In this document: in pieces, positions 36,719 through 47,600 of the stretch
Layout of the letters: every line of letters begins with the position of its first letter
Numbering within the stretch: position 1 is the stretch's first letter
Source of the DNA: Candidatus Omnitrophota bacterium
GTDB lineage: Bacteria; Omnitrophota; Gorgyraeia; B26-G9
Length of the DNA: 64,000 bases
NCBI GenBank assembly: GCA_018817165.1
Contig: JAHITY010000099.1
Span: forward strand, 391 to 64,390
Direction of reading: 5' to 3'
Program-made: the position numbers and the translations under genes
Notes under the pieces: model-generated
What the model saw: only the letters and a program-made list of their open reading frames with translations
What the model was told of the DNA's origin: nothing
Databases searched by the model: none

Positions 36719-37849
36719 ATGTTTGAACGGATAAAACATATTCTTATCAAAGAATTTATTCAGATCTTTCGCGATCCGCGGATGAAAGCGGTTATATTTA
36801 TCATGCCGCTTATCCAAGTCATGGTGTTTGGCTATGCTGTTACCACGGATGTTAAGGATATTTCAACCGCGATTTATGACTTAGATCAATCCGCACAGAG
36901 TCGAAGCTTAATCAGGGAATTTACTTATTCGGGGTATTTTGATCTGAAGCGAAATATTACTACAGATAAAGAACAGGAGAGTTTGATAGATAAATCGTTT
37001 GTTAATGCGGTTATTCGGATTAATCGGGGATTTGCCCAAGACCTTGGCGCAAATAGGACGGCGCAGGTGCAGTTAATCGTTGATGGAACGGATTCTAATA
37101 CAGCGTCGATAATATTAAATTATGCTAATCAGATTGTAGAAAAATATTCTTTGGGGATCCTGGATAAACGCGCTAAAACGCTGCTGCACAGACCTAATGA
37201 TTTTCCGAAAATTGAGCTTAAGACCCGGGCATGGTTTAATGATAATTTGGAATCAAGGAATTTTTATGTTCCGGGGGTTATCGCCCTGATCGTAATGCTG
37301 ATCACGCTGCTTTTGACATCGATGGCTATAGTGCGGGAAAAAGAAATTGGAACGATCGAACAGCTGATCGTTAGCCCTATCCGCTCTTATGAACTGATTA
37401 TTGGTAAGCTGCTGCCTTTTGCGGTAATAGGCTTAGTCGACGCGGTCTTAGTAACATTAGTCGGGGTCTTGTGGTTTAAGGTGCCGATTCAAGGAAATAT
37501 CCTTCTGCTCTTTGGTTCAACTTGTTTATATCTTTTAACTACTTTAGGTATTGGATTATTTATATCGACATTAGCCTCAACTCAGCAGGAAGCGATGATG
37601 TCGACTTTTTTCTTTTATTTTCCGGCGGTGCTGCTTTCGGGATTTATGTTCCCCATCGCGAATATGCCAAAAATAATTCAATATGTCACTTATCTTAATC
37701 CGCTGAGGTATTTTTTGGTTATTCTTAGAGGGATTTTTCTGAAAGGCAGCGGCTTTAATATTTTATGGCCGCAAATGCTGGCGCTTTTGATTATGGGGGT
37801 GGGGATTCTTATTTTGAGTTCAATGAGATTTCAGAAGCGGTTGGGATAG
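36719..37849 (+). CDS. ABC-2 type transporter permease (YbhS/YbhR-like), paralog
   Basis: 376 aa, co-linear with the preceding permease (FRDPRMKAVIFIMP...). Confidence 0.7.
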   Translation: MFERIKHILIKEFIQIFRDPRMKAVIFIMPLIQVMVFGYAVTTDVKDISTAIYDLDQSAQSRSLIREFTYSGYFDLKRNITTDKEQESLIDKSFVNAVIRINRGFAQDLGANRTAQVQLIVDGTDSNTASIILNYANQIVEKYSLGILDKRAKTLLHRPNDFPKIELKTRAWFNDNLESRNFYVPGVIALIVMLITLLLTSMAIVREKEIGTIEQLIVSPIRSYELIIGKLLPFAVIGLVDAVLVTLVGVLWFKVPIQGNILLLFGSTCLYLLTTLGIGLFISTLASTQQEAMMSTFFFYFPAVLLSGFMFPIANMPKIIQYVTYLNPLRYFLVILRGIFLKGSGFNILWPQMLALLIMGVGILILSSMRFQKRLG

Positions 37850-38208
37850 TTTTATAATTAAAAAACTCATTCAGCATTAAAAGTAAAAATGTACGCGATG
37901 GTCATTCTGTTGAATTTACGTGTTCTGTGGTGGGGAATTGTTTAAATTTAAAATATAAAGTGCGCGTCGTAGGATGTAAGTATCATGGTTTCTGAAGTCA
38001 TAAATATTTGTAAATAAATGTTTTGCATTGTTAAAATACGTCGTGGAATAAGCTTTTTGACAGTTTGATGGAGCAGCTGTAAACTAAAAATATAGCTATG
38101 AAGTCCCGAGTTGAGAAGGAAGAAATCCCGGACTATAAAAAAGTAAAACCTTCGTCAAGAAAAAACGGAGGTTATTTTATTTTCAGATAAAATCCTAATG
38201 AAATTAGA

Positions 38209-38727
38209 ATGTGCAGGGGTTGGTCAATGGAAAACATTTCAAAAATATTTAATCAACAAACAATAACCGGATTAGCATTGCTGTTTTCTTTTATGATCAA
38301 TCGTAAAAAAACATTTCTGGCGGTTAAGATAGCTTATAAGAAATTGATAGATATTTTGCCTGCATTTTTGTTTATGTTAATTTTCATCTCGATCACTCTT
38401 TTTATTTTTCCTAGTGAAAATCTTGCAAATTATTTTGGGAAAGAGAATCAATTTCAGGGAGTTCTTTTGGCATTATTTTTGGGCTCTGTGACTTTGGTAC
38501 CGGGGTTTATCGCCTTTCCGTTATGCGGTATTCTATTGAAAGAAGGGGTTTCTTATACGATTTTGTCGGCTTTTACGACAAGCTTAATGATGGTCGGCGT
38601 CTTGACTTATCCCATAGAGAAAAAATATTTTGGAAAAAGAGTGACGATTATAAGAAACAGCATTAGTCTTTTTATCGCGATTATTGTGGCAATTATTACA
38701 GGCATCTTTTTTGGGGAGATTTTCTGA
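38209..38727 (+). CDS. Membrane permease half-protein (DUF318/ArsP-like two-component permease subunit)
   Basis: 172 aa, four TM helices; paired with the adjacent, similarly sized membrane ORF with overlapping stop and start (TGATG). Confidence 0.35.
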   Translation: MCRGWSMENISKIFNQQTITGLALLFSFMINRKKTFLAVKIAYKKLIDILPAFLFMLIFISITLFIFPSENLANYFGKENQFQGVLLALFLGSVTLVPGFIAFPLCGILLKEGVSYTILSAFTTSLMMVGVLTYPIEKKYFGKRVTIIRNSISLFIAIIVAIITGIFFGEIF

Positions 38728-39254
38728 TGAAAAAATCTGTCTTGATTAAAATTTCGGGAATAATAATTTATTTTCTATTTTTAGGATTTTCTTATAGTTT
38801 TGGATTTAATCCGGGCAAAGAAATTGGATTTAACTTTTTTTCTTTTTCCAAAGAATTGCTGAAAATATTACCGTTTGCCTTTATTCTAATAGGATTATTT
38901 GAGGTATGGGTTAAAAAAGAAACAGTGGAAAAGCATTTAGGTCAAGATGCTGGTATCCTGGGATATCTTTGGGTGGTGTTGCTTGCCGGAACTGTCGTGG
39001 GCGGGTTATATGTCGCTTTTCCGATTGCGTATGCTCTGCGTAATAAAGGCGCAAGACTCAGCATTATTTTTACCTATATTGGAGCTTCGGCAATTGCCAG
39101 AGTGCCGATGACAATATTTGAAGCATCTTTTCTGGGGATTAGATTTACCGCAATAAGGCTAATCGTGTCCTTGCCTTTGGTGATTATGACTTCAATAATG
39201 TTAGAAAAGTATTTAGTAAAGAATAATTATAAGATGAAAGAACAAAACAATTAA
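38727..39254 (+). CDS. Membrane permease half-protein (second subunit)
   Basis: 175 aa, TM-rich; LPFAFILIGLFE motif typical of the DUF318 family. Confidence 0.35.
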   Translation: MKKSVLIKISGIIIYFLFLGFSYSFGFNPGKEIGFNFFSFSKELLKILPFAFILIGLFEVWVKKETVEKHLGQDAGILGYLWVVLLAGTVVGGLYVAFPIAYALRNKGARLSIIFTYIGASAIARVPMTIFEASFLGIRFTAIRLIVSLPLVIMTSIMLEKYLVKNNYKMKEQNN

Positions 39255-39447
39255 TATTTATACCATAAAGTTTGATAAAAAATTTAAAGATGAACAATTA
39301 GAATTATTTATTCCGAGATCTCTGGATGTTTGGTTCGAGGTGTTTTTATGGGATTGTTTTTAGCGGAATTTTTTTAAAAGAAATAAAGTGATTTTTGATT
39401 GTGTTTGTATTATATTGAATCAGGAAAATTAAACCAGAGGGATTATA

Positions 39448-40344
39448 ATGACTTTGCCAAAGCATATAAGAAAAATAATAGAATACATTGTTATAATTTT
39501 TGCCGGTGCGCTTTATGCTGTGGCGATCAAGTATTTTATTTTTCCGTCACAGATTATCATGACAGGTACGGAAGGTTTTTCTATTGCCACTGCGTATTTT
39601 TTTGATAATCAAAGAATATTTATTTGGCTGTATTTGATTTTTCAGTCCATGCTGCTTATTTTCGCGTTTTATAAAATAGGCTTTCGTTTTGCCTTTAGGA
39701 CAGCGCTTGTCATAGGTGCTGTTGTTGGTTTGTTAAGCGTGCTTCCTGAATATCAGTTTGCCAGCCCTGAACCCCAGAATGAACGGATTATTTTGGTAAT
39801 CTTCGGCGGTATCCTTGCCGGTATTGCTAAAGCGATAGCTTTTCGTTGCGGGGCATCGACTGGTGATGAAGATGTGCTAGCGGCATATTTTTCAATGAAA
39901 TATTTAAAACCAGTGGGCAGTATCGCGGTCATAGCTGCTATTGTATCCACAGTTTTTGGTCTGGCTTTGGCTTTTATAAAAACTCATCAGATAGCGCCGG
40001 TTATAAATACTTTGATGTATACCGCTATTTATATATTCATGAGCGCTGAGACTTTGAACAATTTTTATCGTAAATTCAAGCTGGCCTTGATAAATGTAAT
40101 AGCAAAAGCTCCTGAAAAAATAGGGGAGAGTATTAATGCGGTATGCCCGCATCGGACATATACGATACAGGATGGGCATGGCGGTTATTTGAAAGGTAAT
40201 GTTAAGATACTCCGGGCAATTATTACTTTTGAGGAACTTCCCAGTATTGTGCGGGCTATTGAAAATGCCGACAAGAAGGCTTTCTTCTATTACAATCAAA
40301 TAGAAGGCGTATCTAAACATTATTATATCTCACCGATTCGGTAA
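39448..40344 (+). CDS. YitT-family membrane protein (DUF161) with a C-terminal DUF2179 domain
   Basis: N-terminal IIFAGALYAVAIKYFIFPSQIIMTGTEGFSI; C-terminal soluble domain TIQDGHGGYLKGNVKILRAIITFEELPSIVRAIENADKKAFFYYNQIEGV. Confidence 0.55.
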   Translation: MTLPKHIRKIIEYIVIIFAGALYAVAIKYFIFPSQIIMTGTEGFSIATAYFFDNQRIFIWLYLIFQSMLLIFAFYKIGFRFAFRTALVIGAVVGLLSVLPEYQFASPEPQNERIILVIFGGILAGIAKAIAFRCGASTGDEDVLAAYFSMKYLKPVGSIAVIAAIVSTVFGLALAFIKTHQIAPVINTLMYTAIYIFMSAETLNNFYRKFKLALINVIAKAPEKIGESINAVCPHRTYTIQDGHGGYLKGNVKILRAIITFEELPSIVRAIENADKKAFFYYNQIEGVSKHYYISPIR

Positions 40345-40504
40345 CTAGAAAATAATGGTCCTACGTTTAAAAGGTGTGAGTTTAATTTTTAGAGTTTTTA
40401 TTTTACCCCGCAAGGTCGAGAACCTCAAAAATATGAAGTGGGTTTAAAAAATATTTGACAAGCTTATAAACTGATGCTATATTAGTATCAGTTTGGAGTG
40501 AGAA

Positions 40505-40933
40505 ATGAAACTATTGACTAAAAATACAGATTATGCGATCAGAGCGCTTATTGAATTGACTGTGCATAAAGAAGAATATTTATCCGCGCGCTCTATAGCA
40601 AATAAGCAAAAAATGCCTTTTCAATTCTTGAGAAGTATTATGCAGGAATTGATCAAATATAAGATCGTCTCTTCAAAAGAAGGGGTTAAAGGGGGACTTA
40701 AGTTAATAGCAGATCCTGCAAAAATAAAAATAGTTGATATTATTCGGATATTTCAAGGAGAAATCGAGCTTTCGGATTGTATGTTTCAGCAAAAGATATG
40801 TGAAAATCGAAAAACATGTGTATTGCGCAAAGAAATTAAAAGGATTGAAAAATTAGTAGAAAATGAATTTGGTAAATTAACTGTTAAGGGATTAGTCAAA
40901 AAAATCAGTAAACAAGAAAAAGGAGGTAAATGA
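40505..40933 (+). CDS. Rrf2-family transcriptional regulator (NsrR/IscR-like, three-Cys cluster ligands)
   Basis: [12 protein letters not shown]...SARSIA HTH; C-x6-C-x5-C ([15 protein letters not shown]); promoter TTGACA(40456)-N17-TATATT overlapped by inverted repeat AAACTGATGCTA-tat-TAGTATCAGTTT. Confidence 0.75.
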   Translation: MKLLTKNTDYAIRALIELTVHKEEYLSARSIANKQKMPFQFLRSIMQELIKYKIVSSKEGVKGGLKLIADPAKIKIVDIIRIFQGEIELSDCMFQQKICENRKTCVLRKEIKRIEKLVENEFGKLTVKGLVKKISKQEKGGK

Positions 40934-40934
40934 A

Positions 40935-42566
40935 ATGAGTATGTTTTGTTATCAATGTCAAGAAACAGTAAGAAATACAGGTTGTACAATCAAGGGTGTT
41001 TGCGGTAAAGAGGCAAAAACATCGGATTTAATGGATTTAATGATTTATGTTTTACAGGGGCTTTCGCTTTATGCTGAGAAGGCAGGAAATGTTGATAAAA
41101 AATACGGGGTGTTTACCTGCCAAGCTCTTTTTTCAACGATTACAAATGCTAATTTTGATGATAATAGGATTATAGAACTTATCAAAAAAGCAATTGTATT
41201 AAGATCTGAACTTAAGCAAAAAGTACAAATTGCGCCAGAAGGTCTGCATGATTCTGCTGTTTGGACAGCTGATTCAGCGGATGAATTTATGAAAAAGGCA
41301 GTTGAAGTCAGCCCGCTTTCGTACAGTGATAATGAGGATATTAGATCTTTAAAATCATTGCTTTTGTATGGATTGAAAGGAATTGCGGCATATACTGATC
41401 ATGCGGCTGTATTGGGGCAGTATGACCAGTCGATTTTTAAGTTTATGTTCAAAGGGCTGGCCGCGATTACAAAAGAGCTGTCAGCGGATGAATTAACCGC
41501 GCTTGTTCTTGAAGCCGGAGAAAATGGGGTTAAAGCCATGGCGGTATTGGATAAAGCTAATACTAGTGCTTATGGCAATCCGGAAATCACAAAGGTGAAT
41601 CTGGGGGTAAGAAATAATCCCGGGATTTTGATCTCAGGGCATGATTTAAAGGATATGGAAGAATTGCTAAAACAAACTAAAGGAACGGGCATTGATGTTT
41701 ATACGCATAGCGAAATGCTGCCGGCGCATTATTATCCAGCGTTTAAGAAATATGAGCATTTTGCGGGAAATTATGGCGGTTCCTGGTGGCATCAGAACAA
41801 AGACTTTGAGACCTTTAATGGCCCGATACTGATGACAACAAATTGTATTATTCCGGTGAAGGATTCTTATAAGGAGAGGATTTTTACAACCGGCATGGCT
41901 GGTTATCCTGGGATAAAGCATATTGCTGATCGATCTGCTGGGGGAAGTAAAGATTTCAGCGAGATTGTCGAGTTGGCAAAGAAATGTAAAGCTCCTCAAG
42001 AAATAGAAACAGGAGAGATTGTTGGCGGTTTTGCGCACAATCAAGTTTTTGCTTTAGCGGACAAAGTTGTCGCGGCGGTAAAGTCAGGCGCGATCAAACG
42101 TTTTATCGTTATGGCCGGCTGTGATGGTCGCCAAAAGCCCCGCAGTTATTTTACGGAAGTTGCCGAAAAATTACCCAAAGATACCGTGATTTTAACAGCA
42201 GGCTGTGCTAAATACCGATATATTAAACTAGGTTTGGGTGATATCGGAGGCATTCCGCGTGTTTTAGACGCAGGACAATGTAATGATTCCTATTCGTTGG
42301 CAATTATTGCCTTAAAGCTTAAGGAAGTGTTTGGTCTTGATGATGTTAATAAGTTGCCGCTTTCATTTGATATTGCCTGGTATGAACAAAAAGCAGTAAT
42401 CGTTCTTTTGGCGTTATTACATCTGGGTTTTAAAAACATGCGGTTAGGACCGACCTTGCCAGCTTTTCTTTCTCCGAATGTGGTGAAAGTCCTTGTTGAA
42501 AAGTTTAATATTAAATTAATAGCTGCCGCCGATGATGATGTCGCGGCAATGATGGTAGGCGCATAG
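40935..42566 (+). CDS. hcp: Hybrid cluster protein / hydroxylamine reductase
   Basis: N-terminal MFCYQCQET...[10 protein letters not shown] is the classic Hcp cubane-cluster motif; 543 aa. Confidence 0.9.
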   Translation: MSMFCYQCQETVRNTGCTIKGVCGKEAKTSDLMDLMIYVLQGLSLYAEKAGNVDKKYGVFTCQALFSTITNANFDDNRIIELIKKAIVLRSELKQKVQIAPEGLHDSAVWTADSADEFMKKAVEVSPLSYSDNEDIRSLKSLLLYGLKGIAAYTDHAAVLGQYDQSIFKFMFKGLAAITKELSADELTALVLEAGENGVKAMAVLDKANTSAYGNPEITKVNLGVRNNPGILISGHDLKDMEELLKQTKGTGIDVYTHSEMLPAHYYPAFKKYEHFAGNYGGSWWHQNKDFETFNGPILMTTNCIIPVKDSYKERIFTTGMAGYPGIKHIADRSAGGSKDFSEIVELAKKCKAPQEIETGEIVGGFAHNQVFALADKVVAAVKSGAIKRFIVMAGCDGRQKPRSYFTEVAEKLPKDTVILTAGCAKYRYIKLGLGDIGGIPRVLDAGQCNDSYSLAIIALKLKEVFGLDDVNKLPLSFDIAWYEQKAVIVLLALLHLGFKNMRLGPTLPAFLSPNVVKVLVEKFNIKLIAAADDDVAAMMVGA

Positions 42567-42670
42567 CTTTAATCAGGGCGGTTTATTGTGAATTCGGTCA
42601 TTACTAAAATTATGCTTACTGTACAATATCGTGCGTATTAACAATAGCAATTATTGCGGAGGAGTTTACT

Positions 42671-42991
42671 ATGATAAATGTATTGGATAATATTCCCTAT
42701 CAAGATAACGGTTTAGGTAAAAGAAAACTAGTTGATCAGGATGATTTATTAGTTATGCAAATCGCGCTTAAGCCGGGGCAACAAGTGCCGCGACATAATG
42801 CAAATTCAAATGTCCACCTTTTAATTTTAAAGGGCTCATCAGCGACTGTAATACTTGATGGGGTAGATACGCAAGGAAAAGCGGGCGATCTTATTCCTGT
42901 TGCATATCAAACCCCGATGTCTATAAAAAATACAGGTAATGATGATGTAAACTTTATGGTTATTAAGACGCCAAATCCGAGTAAGATGTAA
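42671..42991 (+). CDS. Cupin-domain protein
   Basis: 106 aa; small-barrel pattern with HNANSNVHLLILKGS. Confidence 0.45.
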   Translation: MINVLDNIPYQDNGLGKRKLVDQDDLLVMQIALKPGQQVPRHNANSNVHLLILKGSSATVILDGVDTQGKAGDLIPVAYQTPMSIKNTGNDDVNFMVIKTPNPSKM

Positions 42992-43128
42992 CCAGTCGTA
43001 AGTTTAATAGTGTTTTAGCTTATTTTCTTTAATATTATCAAACGGGTGAGATATATTTTATATGAAAGGCAGACATAAAGGTGTAATGTGACAGGGAGCA
43101 TTAGCATAAGAAGGAGAATGCGAAAGTC

Positions 43129-43578
43129 ATGATGCTGAATAAATATTGGGTCGCTATTCAAACCGCATTTTTGCTTTTAATTGTGCTCTGGCCGTTTAAG
43201 ATTGAATTGTCTTTGCCTGATATTATTAAAAATACAGGCATGTTTTTTTGCATAGTAGGGCTGGTCCTTATGGTTGTTGCCGCAAAAACGCTGAAAGACA
43301 ATCTGCGTCCGTCTCCAATACCAAAAGTTGGAGGAGAATTGATTACAACGGGGCTGTATTCTATTGTCCGGCATCCGGCGTACAGTGCTATTATAATCAT
43401 GGTTTTCAGTTTTAGCCTGTGGACAGGGGATGCTGCGAGATTAATGTTATCAGCCTGTTTGCTTTTTTTCTTTAATGCAAAGTCAAAAATGGAAGAAAAA
43501 AAGCTGAAGATAATTTATCCTGAGTATGTTAGTTATCAGAAGCAAGTAAATAAGAAATTTATTCCTGGGGTATTATAG
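43129..43578 (+). CDS. Isoprenylcysteine carboxyl methyltransferase (ICMT)-family / phospholipid methyltransferase-like membrane protein
   Basis: ELITTGLYSIVRHPAYSAIIIMVFSFSLWTG matches the ICMT family motif (L.t.GlY...RHP.Y). Confidence 0.6.
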   Translation: MMLNKYWVAIQTAFLLLIVLWPFKIELSLPDIIKNTGMFFCIVGLVLMVVAAKTLKDNLRPSPIPKVGGELITTGLYSIVRHPAYSAIIIMVFSFSLWTGDAARLMLSACLLFFFNAKSKMEEKKLKIIYPEYVSYQKQVNKKFIPGVL

Positions 43579-43609
43579 TTTTGTTACAATAGTATTTAAG
43601 TAATAGAAA

Positions 43610-44329
43610 ATGGACGAACTTATGGATAATATCAGAGCGCTTTTTTTTGATGTCGGGGGGACTATATTTGATTGGAAAAATACAGCGCGGGAAAAAATTC
43701 AGACATTGGCTGCTGAAAAGGGTCAAGTAATGGACTGCGAAGCCTTCGCCGTTGACTGGCGGGAAGAAATGATGAGAGTTCACATGCAGGTTAGACAGGG
43801 AAATCTGCTATGGATAAATTCTGATGATATGCATTTAAGGGCATTAGACAGTTTGACAAATAGCTATCCGTTTTTAACTTTAATTGACCGAATGTCTCTG
43901 GTGAAATCTACATGGCATAATCTGAAAGCTTTTGCCGGAGCTCCTGAAGCAATCAGCCGTTTGCGCAGTAAATATACGGGTGTAGTTCTTTCCATACTGA
44001 GCTGGGAAAGCATTGTCAACAGTTCAAAAAGAGCCAATGTGCAATGGGATGGGATCCTTTAGTGTGAGTTTTTGGGTTATTATAAACCTTCTTTACAAGC
44101 TTATCTTAAAGGGATTAGCCTCTTGGGATTAAAACCTGCTCAGACCATGATGGTTGCAGCCCATAAAGGTGATTTGGCAGCGGCTCAGACTGCCGGGATG
44201 CATACGGCATATGTTCGTGTCCCAGAAGAAGATTATCTGGGTGAAGGCTTTGGGAAAGTAGGCGAGATAAAGTTTGATATTGAGGCGGATGGTTTTGAAG
44301 ATTTATGTAATAAGCTAGAAGTATATTAG
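43610..44329 (+). pseudogene. HAD-superfamily (haloacid-dehalogenase type II-like) hydrolase interrupted by an in-frame TAG at 44060-44062
   Basis: ORFs 43610-44062 and 44072-44329 are in the same frame (..WDGIL*CEFLGYYKPS..); motif I FFDVGGTIFDW (D-x-Y/G-G-T), motif III YKPS, motif IV HKGD. Confidence 0.6.
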
Positions 44330-44383
44330 AACAGCGTTCTATTAAATGATTAAGCATAATTTTCTAAGTATTTTTATACATTA

Positions 44384-44462
44384 AAAAGTTGCAAAACTTG
44401 TCTAATATGGGGAGTCACTAAAATAAAAAAGGAGTCGATTATGGCTCCTTTTTTATTTTATA
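44384..44462 (+). repeat. Roughly 79-bp repeat, copy 1 (AAAGTTGCAAAACTTGTCTAATATGGGGAGTCACTAAAAT box plus A-tract/T-tract hairpin AAAAAAGGAG-TCGATTATGG-CTCCTTTTTT)
   Basis: Near-identical (3 mismatches) direct repeat at 49835-49914; belongs to the GGGAG-AAAA plus hairpin family. Confidence 0.75.
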
Positions 44463-44654
44463 ATACCTCTAAATAATTAATTTTAAGGTTATAGGGTAAT
44501 CGGGTTTATAAAGAAAAATCAGTGAAATTTGCAAATTATCAATTAAGTGGTATACTTTATAAAATACTTTATTAAGCACTAATGTTTATAGCTTAAAATA
44601 TGCTGAATCACTGTTTGGTTTAAAAATTCTATACTATATAAAAGGATACGGAAA

Positions 44655-47600
44655 ATGTTAAGAAGAATATTAAGTCTCATATTGATTTACAGTTTTGTAT
44701 TATTGCCAGTGCAGCCGGCATTAAGCGGAATTGCCCATTCTTCTGCTCAAACTATTGTTGTTTGCCAGACGCTTTCTCCAACTCTTGTTCTAAATGAACA
44801 AAACATGAGGGGGCTGTTTCTTGATGCTAGTACTTGGGATCTAGCTGCTTTGTCTGAATCCATTGAACTAGAGAATGATTTAATAAAAGAAAATATAAAA
44901 TCAAGGTATTTTAACGGCCATCAAATTCTTAGTATTTCAAAGGAGATTTTTGATTCAGCAATAAAAGTAAGCAAATTATTTTTTGAATATGCCTTTCCAA
45001 AAGCAAAAAAAACCATCAGAAATTCAATATTTCTGATTACTGTGTTCGCACAGATACTTATGCCGATATTCTCTTTTGCGGGAATCGGTACTTATATGGC
45101 GGCAAGCAATATGTTGGTTACATTTGATTCTGATAGCGGGGAAGTCAAGATGATGACTCTTTCCGGGAAAACATTTATAAACTATATCCTGGGAAAAGAT
45201 GGGAAAAAAACACCCCTGATGCTTACTCCCGGTTATGATGAAGATAGCATTCTTAATCAGTTTACCGCGCCAAGCGAAGCGGGAAGTGCTATTGTTAATA
45301 TGAATGATGATCCGAGAGCCGCAGCGGATCCGTTCACTGATTATTATAAGCTGACCTATACCAATAAAGACATTGATCCTGCAATTGCTGCTGCAATACT
45401 TAATTCAGAGGAAACAGGCTTGAGAGCAGAACCAAACATTATGCATGAGGTCAATGCTATTAATAATTATTTTGATCCGAATATAAAACCTTATGACCTT
45501 GAAAATTGGGGACTTCTGGCTTTAAAAATACCCAGTGCATGGGATATATTAAATCAATATGACAGCAATGTATTTCCCCCAGTAGGTGCAGGGATTATGG
45601 ATAGTGGTGTTTGGGATTACAATTCAAATCTGCAAGGAATGGTAATAAATCCTGAGCAGAGCTATTTTGATCCGAACAGTGACAATCCCCACGGAACTAT
45701 AGTTGCCGGTGTCTTGAAAGAAGCAGCGCCTTATTCGTCTGTAAAAATTATTAATGCCGGAGGCTTGCCCGGCGGATCCGGAACCACGGAATCTATTTTA
45801 ATGGCGATCAAAGACCTGATTGATCTTGCCATTGAAAATGGGCTGGATAAAAGGCTGATCGCAAATTGCAGTTTCGGCTCTGATGGGCTTATGGAAAATT
45901 CCATTCTAGATGCTTGGAAACGTGCTGCTGAACTAACCAATATTTTTATTGGTCCTGCCGCGGGAAATATAGGAACATATTTTGATCAAAATAATTGGGG
46001 GCATTATTGGGAAGGACCGCTTTTTCATCCAGTAAGTTCGATTAATATAAATGGGCAAGCATCAGATTTTAGTAATTACAGCCAGTGGATTCCCTATGCT
46101 TCGGGTGAAGATATCTTGGGCATTTTTCCTGATGGACATACAGAGTATGTGAGCGGCACATCTTTTTCCGCACCTTATAGAAACGGGATTGTAGCAGATA
46201 TAATAATAAACCAGGCTATGGTGCATGGGTTTTATTCTGTTCCGTTTGATCATGAAGAAATTGCCAGCATTATCTGGAATACTGGTGATATCAAGATCAA
46301 TACTGTGGATAGAAGACAGATGCTGGTTGTTAATGCTGAACAAGCGCTTAAGGTGGCCTATCCGGGTGTGGCGCTGATTGAAAATGAGGATAGAAACATA
46401 GTTGTATATAATGGGCGTCCGATTATCGGAACAGCACGTGTATACGGAGGCTGGGAGCATTTTTCTTCATACACGCTGCAGATAAAAAACTTTGCTGAAG
46501 ATGAATGGACAACGATTAATTATAGTGAGACTCCGGTAACTAATGGAGTGCTGGGTACGCTTGATGAAAATATAGCTGAAGGCTGGTATGCTTTGCGTTT
46601 GACTGTTAAAAACACAGAAGGCCAGGAATTTGTATGTGAGGGCAATATCGGGGTTAATCGTTCGCTTGTTCCGGGTTGGCCGCAGGAAATGCCAGGATGG
46701 GTATATTCAAATATATTAGCACAGTTGAATGATTCGCCAGACAAAGAGATGTTTATGCTTATGTCTGGCAAGAATAGTATTGTAAAAGACTCGCAAGGTA
46801 ATGATGTAGCGGGTTGGGAAAATGCCTCTGAAACAGAGCGTCCTTATGGCTTAACATTGACAGCTGATTTTAGTAAAAAAGATGGAACCGAGGGAAGCGA
46901 TGGAATTGACGAATTAATAGTCAATGAATTCCCTGCTACGATAACGGTTATGAATGCAACTGGAACAGTTAAATGGAGTGAAAATATCTGCAAAGCAGAG
47001 TATAGTTATTGTCTGGTGCAGGATATGATTGTTGTTGATTTTGACGCAGACAAAAAACCAGAACTGGCAATAACCGCATATGTTGTGGATAATGAAAAAA
47101 ACCTTTGGAATTTAGTGCAGGTATTTGAGCTGGGGAATAATGGGATGAAAGAAATTTATCAAACTAAAGTCCCGGAAGCCCGGTACGGCAGTACTGTTTT
47201 CTTGTTTGCAGTAGAAGCAGGCAACAATAAAAAAAATCTGGGTATTGGAATAAGCGGCAATGATGGCCAGAGCAGAACAGATAATAAATATGAGACTAAA
47301 TTAAGTCTTGTTGATATTACCCTGGGTAAGGAAATCGCTAGCCGCAATTTTATTGATAAGGTAATATACAAAACACCTGTATCTGTGGATTCTGATGGGG
47401 ACAATAAATCAGAAATATTTATCCTGGGATTAGATGCTGAGCCTTTAGACCGGAATGAGCCAACAGTTGCTGAGGTCTATGGCTTGACTAGTGATTTAAA
47501 AGATTCATTGCCGGGGTTTCCGGTTAGATTAGCGGGGGTTCAGACACCACCCATAGCTTTGGCTACAGAGCCTGCAGCCGGCAGAACCATGGGCGATGAT

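Noticed and set aside
43610-44329. Alternative genetic code (TAG reassignment) suggested by the in-frame TAG in the HAD hydrolase
   Set aside because: TAG, TAA and TGA all terminate many well-supported genes in the window at the expected positions. A single internal TAG is more simply a nonsense mutation or sequencing error.
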